Source of the DNA: an uncultured delta proteobacterium
Lineage (GTDB): Bacteria; Myxococcota_A; Polyangia; Palsa-1104
Assembly: GCA_963785725.1 (NCBI GenBank)
Contig: CAWAWS010000003.1
Location: 224,001-288,000, forward strand
DNA length: 64,000 bases
Direction of reading: 5' to 3'
Shown here piece by piece: positions 9,191 through 18,591 of the stretch. The translations under genes were made by a program, and so were the position numbers. The notes under the pieces were generated by a model. That model made no database searches and had not been told where the DNA came from. It was given only the letters and a program-made list of their open reading frames with translations. The first letter of the stretch is position 1. Every line of letters starts with the position of its first letter.

Positions 9191-9865
9191 ATGAAGAGCC
9201 TGATCTTGGCGCTGTTGGGGCTGTCGACGATGGCCGAGGCGAGCCCGCGGCGCGTGCAGTCGGGACCGACGCGCACGTCGCTCGTCGAGCTGTACACGTC
9301 CGAAGGCTGCTCGAGCTGCCCGCCGGCCGATGAGCTCGTCGACGCGCAAGCGGCGCGCACGCCGGCGCCTTACATTCCGCTCGCGTTCCACGTCGACTAT
9401 TGGGACGAGATCGGCTGGCCCGATCGCTTCGCCAGCGCGCGCTGGTCGGCGCGGCAGCGGGCGCGCTCGGCGTCGGTGTACACGCCCGAAGTCTTGCGCG
9501 ACGGTCGCGAGGTCGACCGCGATCAGCTGCTGGCGCCGTCCACACCGGCGCGCGCGCAGTTGGACCTCGCGCTCGACGGCGCCGACGCCACCGTGCGCGC
9601 CACCGGCGGCCGCAAGCTCTACCTCGCGCTCACCGAGTCGGGCCTGGTCGTGCACGTGGGCGCCGGCGAAAATCGCGGCCGCACGCTGCGCCACGATCAC
9701 GTCGTGCGCGAGTTGTACGGCCCCGTCGACGCCAATCGCCCGCTGCAGCAGACGATCGCGATCGCGCCCGAATGGAACAAAGCGCAGCTGGCGCTCGTCG
9801 CGTTCGTCGAGGACGAGCGCGGCGAGGTCTTGAACGCCGTGCGCTTGCCCATCGTCGCGCCGTAG
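9191..9865 (+). CDS. Secreted DUF1223 thioredoxin-fold protein
   Basis: Signal peptide; VELYTSEGCSSCPPAD, LAFHVDYWD, YTPE, GENRGRTLRHDHVVR. Confidence 0.88.
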   Translation: MKSLILALLGLSTMAEASPRRVQSGPTRTSLVELYTSEGCSSCPPADELVDAQAARTPAPYIPLAFHVDYWDEIGWPDRFASARWSARQRARSASVYTPEVLRDGREVDRDQLLAPSTPARAQLDLALDGADATVRATGGRKLYLALTESGLVVHVGAGENRGRTLRHDHVVRELYGPVDANRPLQQTIAIAPEWNKAQLALVAFVEDERGEVLNAVRLPIVAP

Positions 9866-9938
9866 CCGCTTCATATTCTCATCATCTCTTCATCATTCAT
9901 TTTGAAGCGGCGAACGCGCTGGCGAAGTACACGAGCAG

Positions 9939-10466
9939 ATGTCGCGCTCGTCGTATGCGAAGGACGCGTGGTTCGCCGCCATGTATCGCGAGCAGTTGCC
10001 GTTCGTGCGGCGCAGCGCGCGCAAGCTCGGCGGCGCGACGATCGAGGTCGACGACGTGGCGCAAGAGGTCTTCCTCGTCGCCGCGCGCCGGCTCGACAGC
10101 TTCGACGCGCGCACGGCCCAGCTGACGACGTGGCTCTACGGCATCACGCTCAACGTCGTGCGCAGCTGGCGTCGCCGCGCGCGCTCGCGCATCAGCGAAG
10201 ACGCCGGCGCCGAGGTCGTCGAGCCCGTCGGTGAAACGCCCGATCGCACGCTCGTCATCGATGCTTGGAACATTTTACACCGCGTCTTCCGTCAAATGTC
10301 TCCGGCCAAACGCGACGCGTACATGCTCGCGGAGTTCGCCGGGCTCAGCTGCGCCGAGATCGCGGCGGTCGTCGGCGTAAAAGAGGAGACCGTGTGGTCG
10401 CGATTGCATTATGCGCGACGTGAATTTCGCGCATTGCTCGATACACACGAGCGCGCCGCCGCTTGA
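9939..10466 (+). CDS. ECF RNA polymerase sigma factor
   Basis: DDVAQEVFL, TWLYGITLN, EIAAVVGVKEETVWSRLHYAR. Confidence 0.9.
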   Translation: MSRSSYAKDAWFAAMYREQLPFVRRSARKLGGATIEVDDVAQEVFLVAARRLDSFDARTAQLTTWLYGITLNVVRSWRRRARSRISEDAGAEVVEPVGETPDRTLVIDAWNILHRVFRQMSPAKRDAYMLAEFAGLSCAEIAAVVGVKEETVWSRLHYARREFRALLDTHERAAA

Positions 10467-10469
10467 ATA

Positions 10470-10492
10470 CGAACATTAAGATTTAATATTCG
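10470..10492. promoter_or_regulatory. Imperfect AT-rich inverted repeat upstream of the phosphatase gene (operator or terminator)
   Basis: CGAACATTAA-GAT-TTAATATTCG, one mismatch. Confidence 0.3.
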
Positions 10493-10536
10493 CGCGTAAA
10501 TGGCCCCATTTCGCCGCTCATCGAACTAACGGCGCA

Positions 10537-12015
10537 ATGAAAAGGGCTGCTGCATTTCTCGCTTGTTTCTTCGCGTCCTCAGTCGCGCATGTGGCCGCGG
10601 CACAAAGCATTACCTATGGTCCGATCATCGGCCGCGGAATCACGCCCGACCAGATGATCGTCAAATGGGGAACCGACACGTCGACGGGCACGAGCTCGCT
10701 GTCGTTCGGTCATAAAGGCGGCGCGCTCGGCGCCACGGTCGGCACGGAGACGCAGAACGCGAGTAAGTCGTTCGATCATCAAACGGTGTTGACGGGTCTG
10801 CAGCTCGACGCCGCGTACGACTATCAGATTCAGGCCGGCACGAACACGGTCAGCCACGAGCTCACGACCTGTCCGGCGGCGGGCGGGCCGATGGATCTCG
10901 TGTTCTACGGCGATAGTCGCAATGATCTGTTGTCGACTGCGGGGCAAACCGAGCACGCCAAGGTCGTCGCACAAGTGTTGGCGCGCGCGCCCGACATGGT
11001 CTTCGAGAGCGGCGATCTCGTGTATGACGGCATGTATGCCGGTTATTTGAGCGAATTCTTTCCCGTCGTCTCCACGCTGGCAGCGACGGTGCCGTTCATG
11101 GCAGTGCCGGGAAATCACGACAACGACGATCCGCTCAGCCTCGATCTCAATGGCACGAGCGTCGTCAGCGCCAACTTCGCGCTGCTCTTTCCCAGCCCGC
11201 AACCGACGACCTCGTGGCTGCCATACACGGCGTTTACGTGCGGCAACGCGATGTTCATCGGGCTCGACTCCGAGGAATTGATCGCGAGTGGGCAAGATAC
11301 GGCGCAGCTGGCGTTCTTGAATGCGCAGCTGGCGGCGGCGAAAGCAAACGCCACGCTCGACCACGTGTTCGTCTGGTTTCACGTCTCGCCCTATTCGCCG
11401 GCGTCGGGGCTGACGGCGCACGGCGACAACGCCAACGTCATCAGCCAATGGGTGCCGCTGTTCGACGATCCGGCCAACAAAGTGACCGCGGTCTTCACCG
11501 GGCACGATCATTTGTACGGCCGCATGAGCAACGGCTCGCACGTCGTCTACATCGTCTCGGGCGGCGCGGGCGCCGCGAGCTCGAGCATCGGCGGCACCAG
11601 CGCGGCGACGACGGAGAAGGCGGTCGCCGGGTTCGGCTTCGTCGCCGTGCATGTCGCCGGCAAGAGCGTCAGCGGCACGGCTTACGACGACACGGGCGCG
11701 CCCGTCGACACGTGGTCGACGCAAAGCAGCGGCGGCTCGGCCGGCGGCGGCGGAACCGCCGGCGGCGGCGGCTCGGCCGGCGGCGGCGGAACGGCCGGCG
11801 GCGGCGGAACGGCCGGCGGCGGTGGCGGCTCAGCTGGCGGCGGCGCGGCCGGCGGCGGAATCGCCGGTGGTGGCGGCGCGGCCGGCGGTGGCGGCACGAC
11901 GAGCGGCAGCGGCTGCAGCACGAGCGGCGCACGCGCCTCGAGCGACCTGCTCGGCTTCGCGCTCGTCGGCCTCGCGCTCGCGCTTTATCGCCGCCGCAAG
12001 ACTCGACTTCGATAA
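10537..12015 (+). CDS. Purple-acid-phosphatase-type metallophosphoesterase with Gly-rich linker and MYXO-CTERM-like anchor
   Basis: YGDSR, GDLVY, GNHD, GHDHLY. Tail SGCSTSG...LLGFALVGLALALYRRRK. Confidence 0.88.
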   Translation: MKRAAAFLACFFASSVAHVAAAQSITYGPIIGRGITPDQMIVKWGTDTSTGTSSLSFGHKGGALGATVGTETQNASKSFDHQTVLTGLQLDAAYDYQIQAGTNTVSHELTTCPAAGGPMDLVFYGDSRNDLLSTAGQTEHAKVVAQVLARAPDMVFESGDLVYDGMYAGYLSEFFPVVSTLAATVPFMAVPGNHDNDDPLSLDLNGTSVVSANFALLFPSPQPTTSWLPYTAFTCGNAMFIGLDSEELIASGQDTAQLAFLNAQLAAAKANATLDHVFVWFHVSPYSPASGLTAHGDNANVISQWVPLFDDPANKVTAVFTGHDHLYGRMSNGSHVVYIVSGGAGAASSSIGGTSAATTEKAVAGFGFVAVHVAGKSVSGTAYDDTGAPVDTWSTQSSGGSAGGGGTAGGGGSAGGGGTAGGGGTAGGGGGSAGGGAAGGGIAGGGGAAGGGGTTSGSGCSTSGARASSDLLGFALVGLALALYRRRKTRLR

Positions 12016-12313
12016 GCCGTCGCGCGTCGCCTCGAGCACGCGCGCCCTCCTTCCGCCACGACGCGCCTGCGCGCTGTCTCCTGTGCGTGACACGCCATTG
12101 GGTGCGCGCCGCCGTCGCCGCCTCGTCGGTGTAAACGGCCGCTTTGCGCTGTAACTGTGGGCTTTCATGGTGTTGGCTCGTCCCCCACGGGGCGCTGACG
12201 CAAGTATGCGACAATCCGTGGGCACTCTCGTCGCCGACGCTGGTCTCGGCCCTGCATTATCGCGGCGCTACCGGAATGCGTCACCTTCACTGCGCGAACG
12301 AGAGGGACCCGAA

Positions 12314-13795
12314 ATGAGAGTTGTCATTGGATCGCTGATGAGCGTCATCTTCGCCACCACCCTCGGCTGTGGCGGCAACGGCACCATCGCCGGCGGCGGT
12401 GCCGGCGGCGGCGGCTCCACCAGCAACGGCGGCGGCTCGACCAGCAACGGTGGCGGCGGCGGCTCCGGCAACGGCGGCGGCTCGACCAGCAACGGCGGCG
12501 GCGGCGGCTCCAGCAACGGCGGCGGCGGCGGCACGCCGGTCGGCAACAGCGGCCCTTACGATCGCATCGGCTACTTCGCGCAGTGGGGCATTTACGGCCG
12601 CAATTTCCCGGTCAAGAGCATCGTCGACAACGCCGAGGCCGATAAGCTCACCGTCATCAATTACGCGTTCGAGAACATCGACCCCGTCAACTTCACCTGC
12701 CTCATGGCGACCAAAGCGTCGGGCACCGACGGCAACGATCCGTCGCAAGGCGACGGCGCGGGCGATCAATTCGCCGACTATACGAAGTCGTTCGACGCGA
12801 CGACGTCCGTCGATGGCGTGGCCGACGTTTATAGCGACACGCTAAAGGGAAACTTCAATCAGCTGAAGAAGCTCAAAGCGAAATATCCCAACTTGAAAGT
12901 GGTCGTGTCATTGGGCGGCTGGACGTTCTCCAAGTTCTTCTCCGACGTCGCAGCCTCGGACGCGTCGCGCAAGAAGTTCGTCGCCTCCTGCATCGACATG
13001 TACATCAACGGCAACATTCCCGTGTCCGATGGCGCCGGCGGACCGGGCACGGCGGCGGGAATCTTCGACGGCTTCGATATCGATTGGGAGTGGCCGGGCG
13101 GCGATACCGGACATCCCGGCAATCATTACAGCGCCAGTGACAAAGCCAATTATGGGCTGCTCTTGTCCGAGTTCCGCGCAGAGCTGGACGCGCTCGGTAA
13201 GCATTATGTGTTGAGCGCGTTCTTGCCGGCCGATCCGGCGAAGATCGCGGCGGGCATCGATCTGCCGACCGTGTTCAAGGCGCTCGATTACGGCGACGTG
13301 CAAGGTTACGACTTCCACGGCGATTGGGAGCCGACGCAGACCAACGACGGCGCGGCGCTCTACGATCCGGCGGGCGATCCGGCGACGGCCAAGTTCTCGG
13401 GCGACATCGCCATCAACGCCTATTTGTCGCAGGGCGTGTCGCCGAATCAGATCACGCTCGGCTTGCCGCTCTATGGCTACGGCTGGACGGGCGTCGCGGC
13501 CGGCAGCAACAACGGGCGCTTCTCGACGGCGACCGGCCTCGCGAGCGGCGTTTGGGTGCCCGGCACCAACGACTACAAGGTGCTCAAGCCGATGTTCCCG
13601 ACCGTCTATCACGACACGACGGCGATGACCGCGTGGGGCTACGACGGCACCAACTTCTGGACCTTCGATGACCCGTGGGTGTTCGGTCAAAAGGCCGCTT
13701 ACATCAAGAGCAAGCAGCTGCGCGGCGCCATGGTCTGGGAGCTCGACGGCGATGACGGCTCGCTCATCGCCGCGCTCGACGCCGGCCTGAAGTAA
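12314..13795 (+). CDS. GH18 chitinase, lipoprotein
   Basis: Lipobox TLGC, Gly/Ser/Asn linker, GYFAQWGIY, SLGGWT, FDGFDIDWEWP (DxxDxDxE), GAMVWELDGD. Confidence 0.92.
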   Translation: MRVVIGSLMSVIFATTLGCGGNGTIAGGGAGGGGSTSNGGGSTSNGGGGGSGNGGGSTSNGGGGGSSNGGGGGTPVGNSGPYDRIGYFAQWGIYGRNFPVKSIVDNAEADKLTVINYAFENIDPVNFTCLMATKASGTDGNDPSQGDGAGDQFADYTKSFDATTSVDGVADVYSDTLKGNFNQLKKLKAKYPNLKVVVSLGGWTFSKFFSDVAASDASRKKFVASCIDMYINGNIPVSDGAGGPGTAAGIFDGFDIDWEWPGGDTGHPGNHYSASDKANYGLLLSEFRAELDALGKHYVLSAFLPADPAKIAAGIDLPTVFKALDYGDVQGYDFHGDWEPTQTNDGAALYDPAGDPATAKFSGDIAINAYLSQGVSPNQITLGLPLYGYGWTGVAAGSNNGRFSTATGLASGVWVPGTNDYKVLKPMFPTVYHDTTAMTAWGYDGTNFWTFDDPWVFGQKAAYIKSKQLRGAMVWELDGDDGSLIAALDAGLK

Positions 13796-13854
13796 GCGCC
13801 AGCCGCAACCGTCACAGGAGCCTCGCGCCAGTTCCGCGAATCGCCGGCCAGGCT

Positions 13855-13870
13855 TGGCCGCTCGCTTGCA
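13855..13870 (+). promoter_or_regulatory. Putative sigma54 (-24/-12) promoter
   Basis: TGGCCGCTCGCTTGCA = GG-N10-GC with TTGC, directly upstream of the response regulator. Confidence 0.5.
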
Positions 13871-13882
13871 AAACCATCCGGT

Positions 13883-14233
13883 GTGAAACGCATTCTAATC
13901 GTGGATGACGACGCCGAGCTGCGCGACCTCTATGCGCGCTATCTCGACGACGCCGGGTACTGCGTCTCGATCGCGCGCGACGGCGCCGAAGCGGTCGACG
14001 TGGCGACGATGGTGCAGCCGCACGCGATCGTGATGGACGTCGCCATGCCGCTCATGAGTGGCCGCGAGGCGGCGGGGCTGATTCGCAACGACATTCAGAC
14101 GGCGTCGATTCCGATCGTGGCGCTGACGGGCGAGCGGCTCGACGAGGTTGAGCGCGGCAGCTTCGACACGCTGCTGGAAAAGCCGCTGACGCCGCCGGCG
14201 CTGGCGGAGGTGCTGGCCGGGATCACCCACTGA
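13883..14233 (+). CDS. Single-domain response regulator (CheY-like)
   Basis: ILIVDDD, IVMDVAMP, VALTG, LEKP. Confidence 0.92.
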   Translation: MKRILIVDDDAELRDLYARYLDDAGYCVSIARDGAEAVDVATMVQPHAIVMDVAMPLMSGREAAGLIRNDIQTASIPIVALTGERLDEVERGSFDTLLEKPLTPPALAEVLAGITH

Positions 14234-14377
14234 CCGCCATCCTCCGCGCGTTATCGCTTTTGTTCCGCTAGCTTACCTACCCTCAAGTCGGGTGACCAGC
14301 GGCCGATGATCTGGGTGGGAACGTGAGATTCAGGTCGCGCGCGTGGCGAGCGACGGTTTTTCATGGGAGTTGGGCGC

Positions 14378-14920
14378 GTGGCGAAGGTCAAAGGGACGAA
14401 CGTGCTCGGGACGGTCAAGGCGCTCAAGGCCTATCGCGAGCAGGCGACCGCCAAGCTGCCCGAGCGACTGATGCACTATCTCGACGATCGCATCCTCGTC
14501 TCGAGCTGGTATCCGGAGGTCGATCAGATCGAGATGCTGCGCGTGCTCGCTTCGCTGTTACCGCGGACGCCGAGCCCGTGGCCGCTCATGGGTCGCATGG
14601 CGGCGGCGCAGGATCTGGCCAGCGTCTATCGCAACCAAATTCGCCCCGATTCGCCGCAGCAGTCGCTCTTGGCGTCGGCGAGCCTGTGGCGCAACTATCA
14701 CGACACCGGCGAGATGGCGGCGACGGTCGACGGGCCGACGGCGGTCCTCTTGCGACTGCGCGGCTACCACGGCGCGTGCAAAGAAATGTGTGAAATCTTG
14801 TGCGGCTATTTGGGCGAGATGGCGGCGCAGGCGGGCGGGCGCGACGTCACGGCGACGAAGCTCGACTGCGTGCTCAAAGGCCAGCCCGAGTGCAGCTGGC
14901 GCATCGCCTGGAGCAAATGA
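14378..14920 (+). CDS. Myxobacterial DUF2378/V4R-like protein
   Basis: KVKGT...ILVSSWYP...LWRNYHDTG...CVLKGQPECSWRIAW. Confidence 0.65.
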   Translation: MAKVKGTNVLGTVKALKAYREQATAKLPERLMHYLDDRILVSSWYPEVDQIEMLRVLASLLPRTPSPWPLMGRMAAAQDLASVYRNQIRPDSPQQSLLASASLWRNYHDTGEMAATVDGPTAVLLRLRGYHGACKEMCEILCGYLGEMAAQAGGRDVTATKLDCVLKGQPECSWRIAWSK

Positions 14921-15193
14921 AGCCGCCATCGCGTCACGCAAACGGCCGATTGTAAATTCAGCGCAACATTCTCCGTTTTTGGGAACTCTCGGCGAGTCGT
15001 CTTGCATGAAGGGCGCGTGAGCTTTTCATGCTGCGCTCGTCGCTGCGCCGGCAATCGCGCCTTTTGGCGCCGCGCAAGAGCGGCCATCGCCATCGACACG
15101 CGGCTGCCGCAGTCTTGTTGCCGACAAGTCGCTTCGCACGTCGTCCAGCCCCGATATGGTGCGCGCCATTAACGGGATTCCTGGAGACTGCTC

Positions 15194-17158
15194 ATGCGAT
15201 TGCGTTCGCTCGTACCGCTCGCCTTGACGACCCTGCTCGCGCTCGCGCTCACCGGTTGTGGCGATGACACCACGTCGCCCGGCGGCACCGGTGGCAACGG
15301 CTCCTCGGCCGATCTCTCGGCGCCGGCGAGCGCCGACTTGAGCGCGCCCGCCGATCTGGCCACAGCGAGCGGCGACATGACGCAGCCGCCGGCGAGCGGC
15401 GATATGGCGCATGCGCCGGGCGCCGATATGACGCCGCCTCCGCCGCCGCCGGCCGATATGGCGTTGTTGGACCTGGCGCAGCCGCTGCCGCCCGATCTCG
15501 CGGTTCCGCCGACGCCGGTGCTGGTGACGACGGTCGATCCGGGCGTGCTGCCGATCGCGGTCACGATCAACCAAGGCACGGCCATCGGCCAAGGCGCGGG
15601 CAATGGCGCGACGCCGTCGACGCTGACGTACACGCGCGCGGACACCAAGAACGTCGAGACCATCGTGAGCGCGACCAATCCGTTCCAGTCGACGGCGACG
15701 GTGCCGGATACGGCGGCCGGCTTCTGCGACTACTCGGGCGCGACGCCCAAGCGCGTCTCGTATCAGACGGGCAATAAGTTCGAGACGGCGGCCGGCGGCG
15801 ATCCGATGGTGCCGATGGCGCCTTTCTATTTCCCGCTCGTTTATACGTCGACGGTGACGCCGACCGGCAACGCCTTTGGCGGCAAGGCGCCGATCCTCGG
15901 TCTATTCGATTGGCGCCCCAAGGATATCGACGAAGCGCTCGTGGCCGCGGAATCGGACGACAATGGCCAGACTTGGTATTTCATGCAGACGGTATTGGAG
16001 CTGAATCCCGATTATACCAACCCGATTAGCGGCGGTTATTCGGCGACAGCCACGAACGCCGCCACCGGCTGCCCGAGCGCGATTACGGGCACCAACGCCA
16101 ATACGACGTCGCCCAACGGCTCCATCGCCGACGACGGCTGGGGTCATGCGGCGATCATTCAATTGCCGGGAACGGGAAACGCGAAGACGGGACAGTTCCT
16201 CTATATGCTCGATCGCAATCCCAACAATATGCCGGGGACGAATACGCCGGTCGTCGATAACGCGCCCTTGCATGTCATCAACTTGACGGGCGCGTCGCCC
16301 AAATTCCCCATTTGGAACACCAATAGCACCGGCATCGGCGCCAATGACATCAAGTCGATCTCGAGCGCGCTCGCGAACACCACGAATACGGCGACGCCGT
16401 TCACGGTGCAGGATTCGGTCGGTCTGCTCAATCCCGACGGCATCATGGCGGTCTTTCCGACGGCGCCGACGGCGGCCCTGAATTCGCCGGTGACCATCCT
16501 CTACGTGCAGAAGATCGTCAACGGCGATACGACGATGCCGGCGGCGCAGCAGTGCAACAAGGCGCCCTTCAGCGGCAAGAACAATCACGACATCTCCAAT
16601 GTGCGCATGGCGACGACGACCGACGGCGTCAACTTCACCGACCTCGGCATCGTGCAAGGGCTCAACGATCCGACGACGGTCGACTACAACGGCACGCGCT
16701 GGGTGAGCCCGCGCGGCACGCTGCTCGACATTCACGGCGACGGTAGCGTGTGGGGCCTGTATTTCTCGGCCGGCAACTGCCTCGACGGCGACTCCGATGC
16801 CTTCCACTATATCGGCTACGCGGAGTCGACCGATAAGATGCATTGGACGGTGTTCAACGACATCAACCATCCGATCGCGTCGATCAATACGATTACGGTC
16901 AAGAATCAGGCCGGCGGACAGACGGTCACGATTCCGGCGAACGCGCCGGTCTTCCCGACGCAGCCGTGGTTCGCGCAGCGGCTGTATGCGCCGACGGCGA
17001 CGCAGATCGACGCGACGCACTTGAGCATGACGTTCGCCGGCTATGGCGTGCAGACGCCGGGCACCGATCTATTGAACTATCGGCAAATCGGCAATGTCGT
17101 GTTGACGGTCAGTCAGTCGTTGCCGGCCGGTGTTCCCAATAACATCAACGCGCACTAA
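15194..17158 (+). CDS. Large lipoprotein with D(L/M)(A/S)xP linker and possible glycoside-hydrolase-like beta-propeller
   Basis: LTGC lipobox; AESDDNGQTW, ATTTDGVNFTDLG, IGYAESTDKMHWT (Asp-box/GH43-like segments). Confidence 0.6.
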   Translation: MRLRSLVPLALTTLLALALTGCGDDTTSPGGTGGNGSSADLSAPASADLSAPADLATASGDMTQPPASGDMAHAPGADMTPPPPPPADMALLDLAQPLPPDLAVPPTPVLVTTVDPGVLPIAVTINQGTAIGQGAGNGATPSTLTYTRADTKNVETIVSATNPFQSTATVPDTAAGFCDYSGATPKRVSYQTGNKFETAAGGDPMVPMAPFYFPLVYTSTVTPTGNAFGGKAPILGLFDWRPKDIDEALVAAESDDNGQTWYFMQTVLELNPDYTNPISGGYSATATNAATGCPSAITGTNANTTSPNGSIADDGWGHAAIIQLPGTGNAKTGQFLYMLDRNPNNMPGTNTPVVDNAPLHVINLTGASPKFPIWNTNSTGIGANDIKSISSALANTTNTATPFTVQDSVGLLNPDGIMAVFPTAPTAALNSPVTILYVQKIVNGDTTMPAAQQCNKAPFSGKNNHDISNVRMATTTDGVNFTDLGIVQGLNDPTTVDYNGTRWVSPRGTLLDIHGDGSVWGLYFSAGNCLDGDSDAFHYIGYAESTDKMHWTVFNDINHPIASINTITVKNQAGGQTVTIPANAPVFPTQPWFAQRLYAPTATQIDATHLSMTFAGYGVQTPGTDLLNYRQIGNVVLTVSQSLPAGVPNNINAH

Positions 17159-17205
17159 GCGTTCCCACGTTCGCGCGCGTTCCCGCCTGAATCAATCGGT
17201 CTCAT

Positions 17206-17853
17206 TCAATCCAGCTTGACGTTGGGCAGCGGCGCCGCCGGCGGAGTCGGCGGCGCCGCCGGCACGTCGCTCGGCGGCGGCGGCGGCACGTCGCTCGGCG
17301 GCGGCGGCACGTCGCTCGGCGGCGGCGCGGTGGGCGCGGCCTCGTCGGCGGGCGACACATGCGGATCGGCGCAGGTCGCGCCTTGCGCGCCCACGGCGTC
17401 GTTGTAGTAGTTGATGGCGTCGACGGCGTGGCCGTTAGCGCGATTGCGCAACAGCCGGCTCGTGCCGGCGAAGCTGACGCCGACGACGGCGCTGCCGACG
17501 CCGGCGCCGAGCCAGGCCCACTCGTGCTTGCGGTCGATGAAGCCGGCGAGCCCGCCGAGCGCGGCCGCGCCCAAGATATTGCCGAAGAGCGAGAGGCTGC
17601 GCGCGGCGCGACCGTTGGATTCGGCGGCTGCGGCATGTTGCCGCGCCTCGGGCACGCAGCCGACATAGTGCGAAAGGCCGCTCCAGCTCAGCCCTTGCGC
17701 GACTTTGCGGCCGCCGGCCCAGGCCGCGTAACTCTCGTGATAGCGCAGCGTCACTTCGCCGCGTGCGACGGCGCGTGGCACATAAGCCGTCTGCTGCGCG
17801 CAGCCGCCGACGACGAGCGCCAGCGCCGCGCCGCGCACGAACGGCGACGTCAC
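17206..17853 (-). CDS. Hypothetical membrane lipoprotein with Pro-rich tail
   Basis: VGGC lipobox, two hydrophobic segments, PPSDV repeats; GTGA overlap with the upstream gene. Confidence 0.65.
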   Translation of the reverse strand: MTSPFVRGAALALVVGGCAQQTAYVPRAVARGEVTLRYHESYAAWAGGRKVAQGLSWSGLSHYVGCVPEARQHAAAAESNGRAARSLSLFGNILGAAALGGLAGFIDRKHEWAWLGAGVGSAVVGVSFAGTSRLLRNRANGHAVDAINYYNDAVGAQGATCADPHVSPADEAAPTAPPPSDVPPPPSDVPPPPPSDVPAAPPTPPAAPLPNVKLD

Positions 17854-18521
17854 GACGCGCCTCCCGTCGCGCAGGCCGAGGTCGGCATGCGCAGCCAGTC
17901 GTTGAGCGCGTTGACCTGATCGATCGCTTCGGCGTTGGCGCGGCTGTTTTCGGGGCGCGAGTTGGCGAGACCAAAGGTGACGGCGGGTAATGCGACGACG
18001 CTGATGCCGGCAATGATCAATAAGACGCCGAGCAATGAGGCGGGATTGAAGCCGCCACCGCTCAGGCTACTGCCGCTGCTCGCCGTGGCGTGGCCGCCGC
18101 CGCTCGAGCGAATGGGCGCGCCCGCTTGGGTCGTCGGTCGTGGCAGCGCCGGCGGCGTCAGCGAATGGTAGCCCAGCGTCGGACGCGCGCTCGCGGCGGC
18201 CGGGCGAATCGTCGGTCGCGGCACCCAGAAGCGGCGGCCGGTGGCGACGTCGACGTTCAGCGCGACGGAGAGCTGAACGAGCGGCCCCGGCTCCTCGTCG
18301 ATGAGCTCGTCGCCGTCGCTGAGGTGCAGCTGATTGGACGGCGAGACCCAGGCCAAGAGCGCGGCGCAGGCCGGCGAAATGGCGACACCGGCCGGATCGA
18401 GGACGACGTGATCCTCGGCCCAGACGGCGCGCGGTCGTCCATCCATTGGCGCGACATAGTGTGAGGTGTACGTGCAGCCGGTGACCAAGAGCGACAATGA
18501 AATGACTGTTCGAATGGACAC
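17850..18521 (-). CDS. Hypothetical membrane lipoprotein (start uncertain)
   Basis: LVTGC lipobox; hydrophobic segment then ANAEAIDQVNALND, similar to ANGHAVDAINYYND in the downstream gene. Confidence 0.55.
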   Translation of the reverse strand: MSIRTVISLSLLVTGCTYTSHYVAPMDGRPRAVWAEDHVVLDPAGVAISPACAALLAWVSPSNQLHLSDGDELIDEEPGPLVQLSVALNVDVATGRRFWVPRPTIRPAAASARPTLGYHSLTPPALPRPTTQAGAPIRSSGGGHATASSGSSLSGGGFNPASLLGVLLIIAGISVVALPAVTFGLANSRPENSRANAEAIDQVNALNDWLRMPTSACATGGAS

Positions 18522-18591
18522 AAGGCGAATGACTCGGACAGCTGTCACTGCAGTTGCCTGCCCGATTGTTTCATTGACCTGAGTGTGATCG

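Noticed and set aside
11725..12535. GGC-rich tandem repeats as independent DNA elements
   Set aside because: They encode ordinary Gly-rich linkers of the phosphatase and chitinase.
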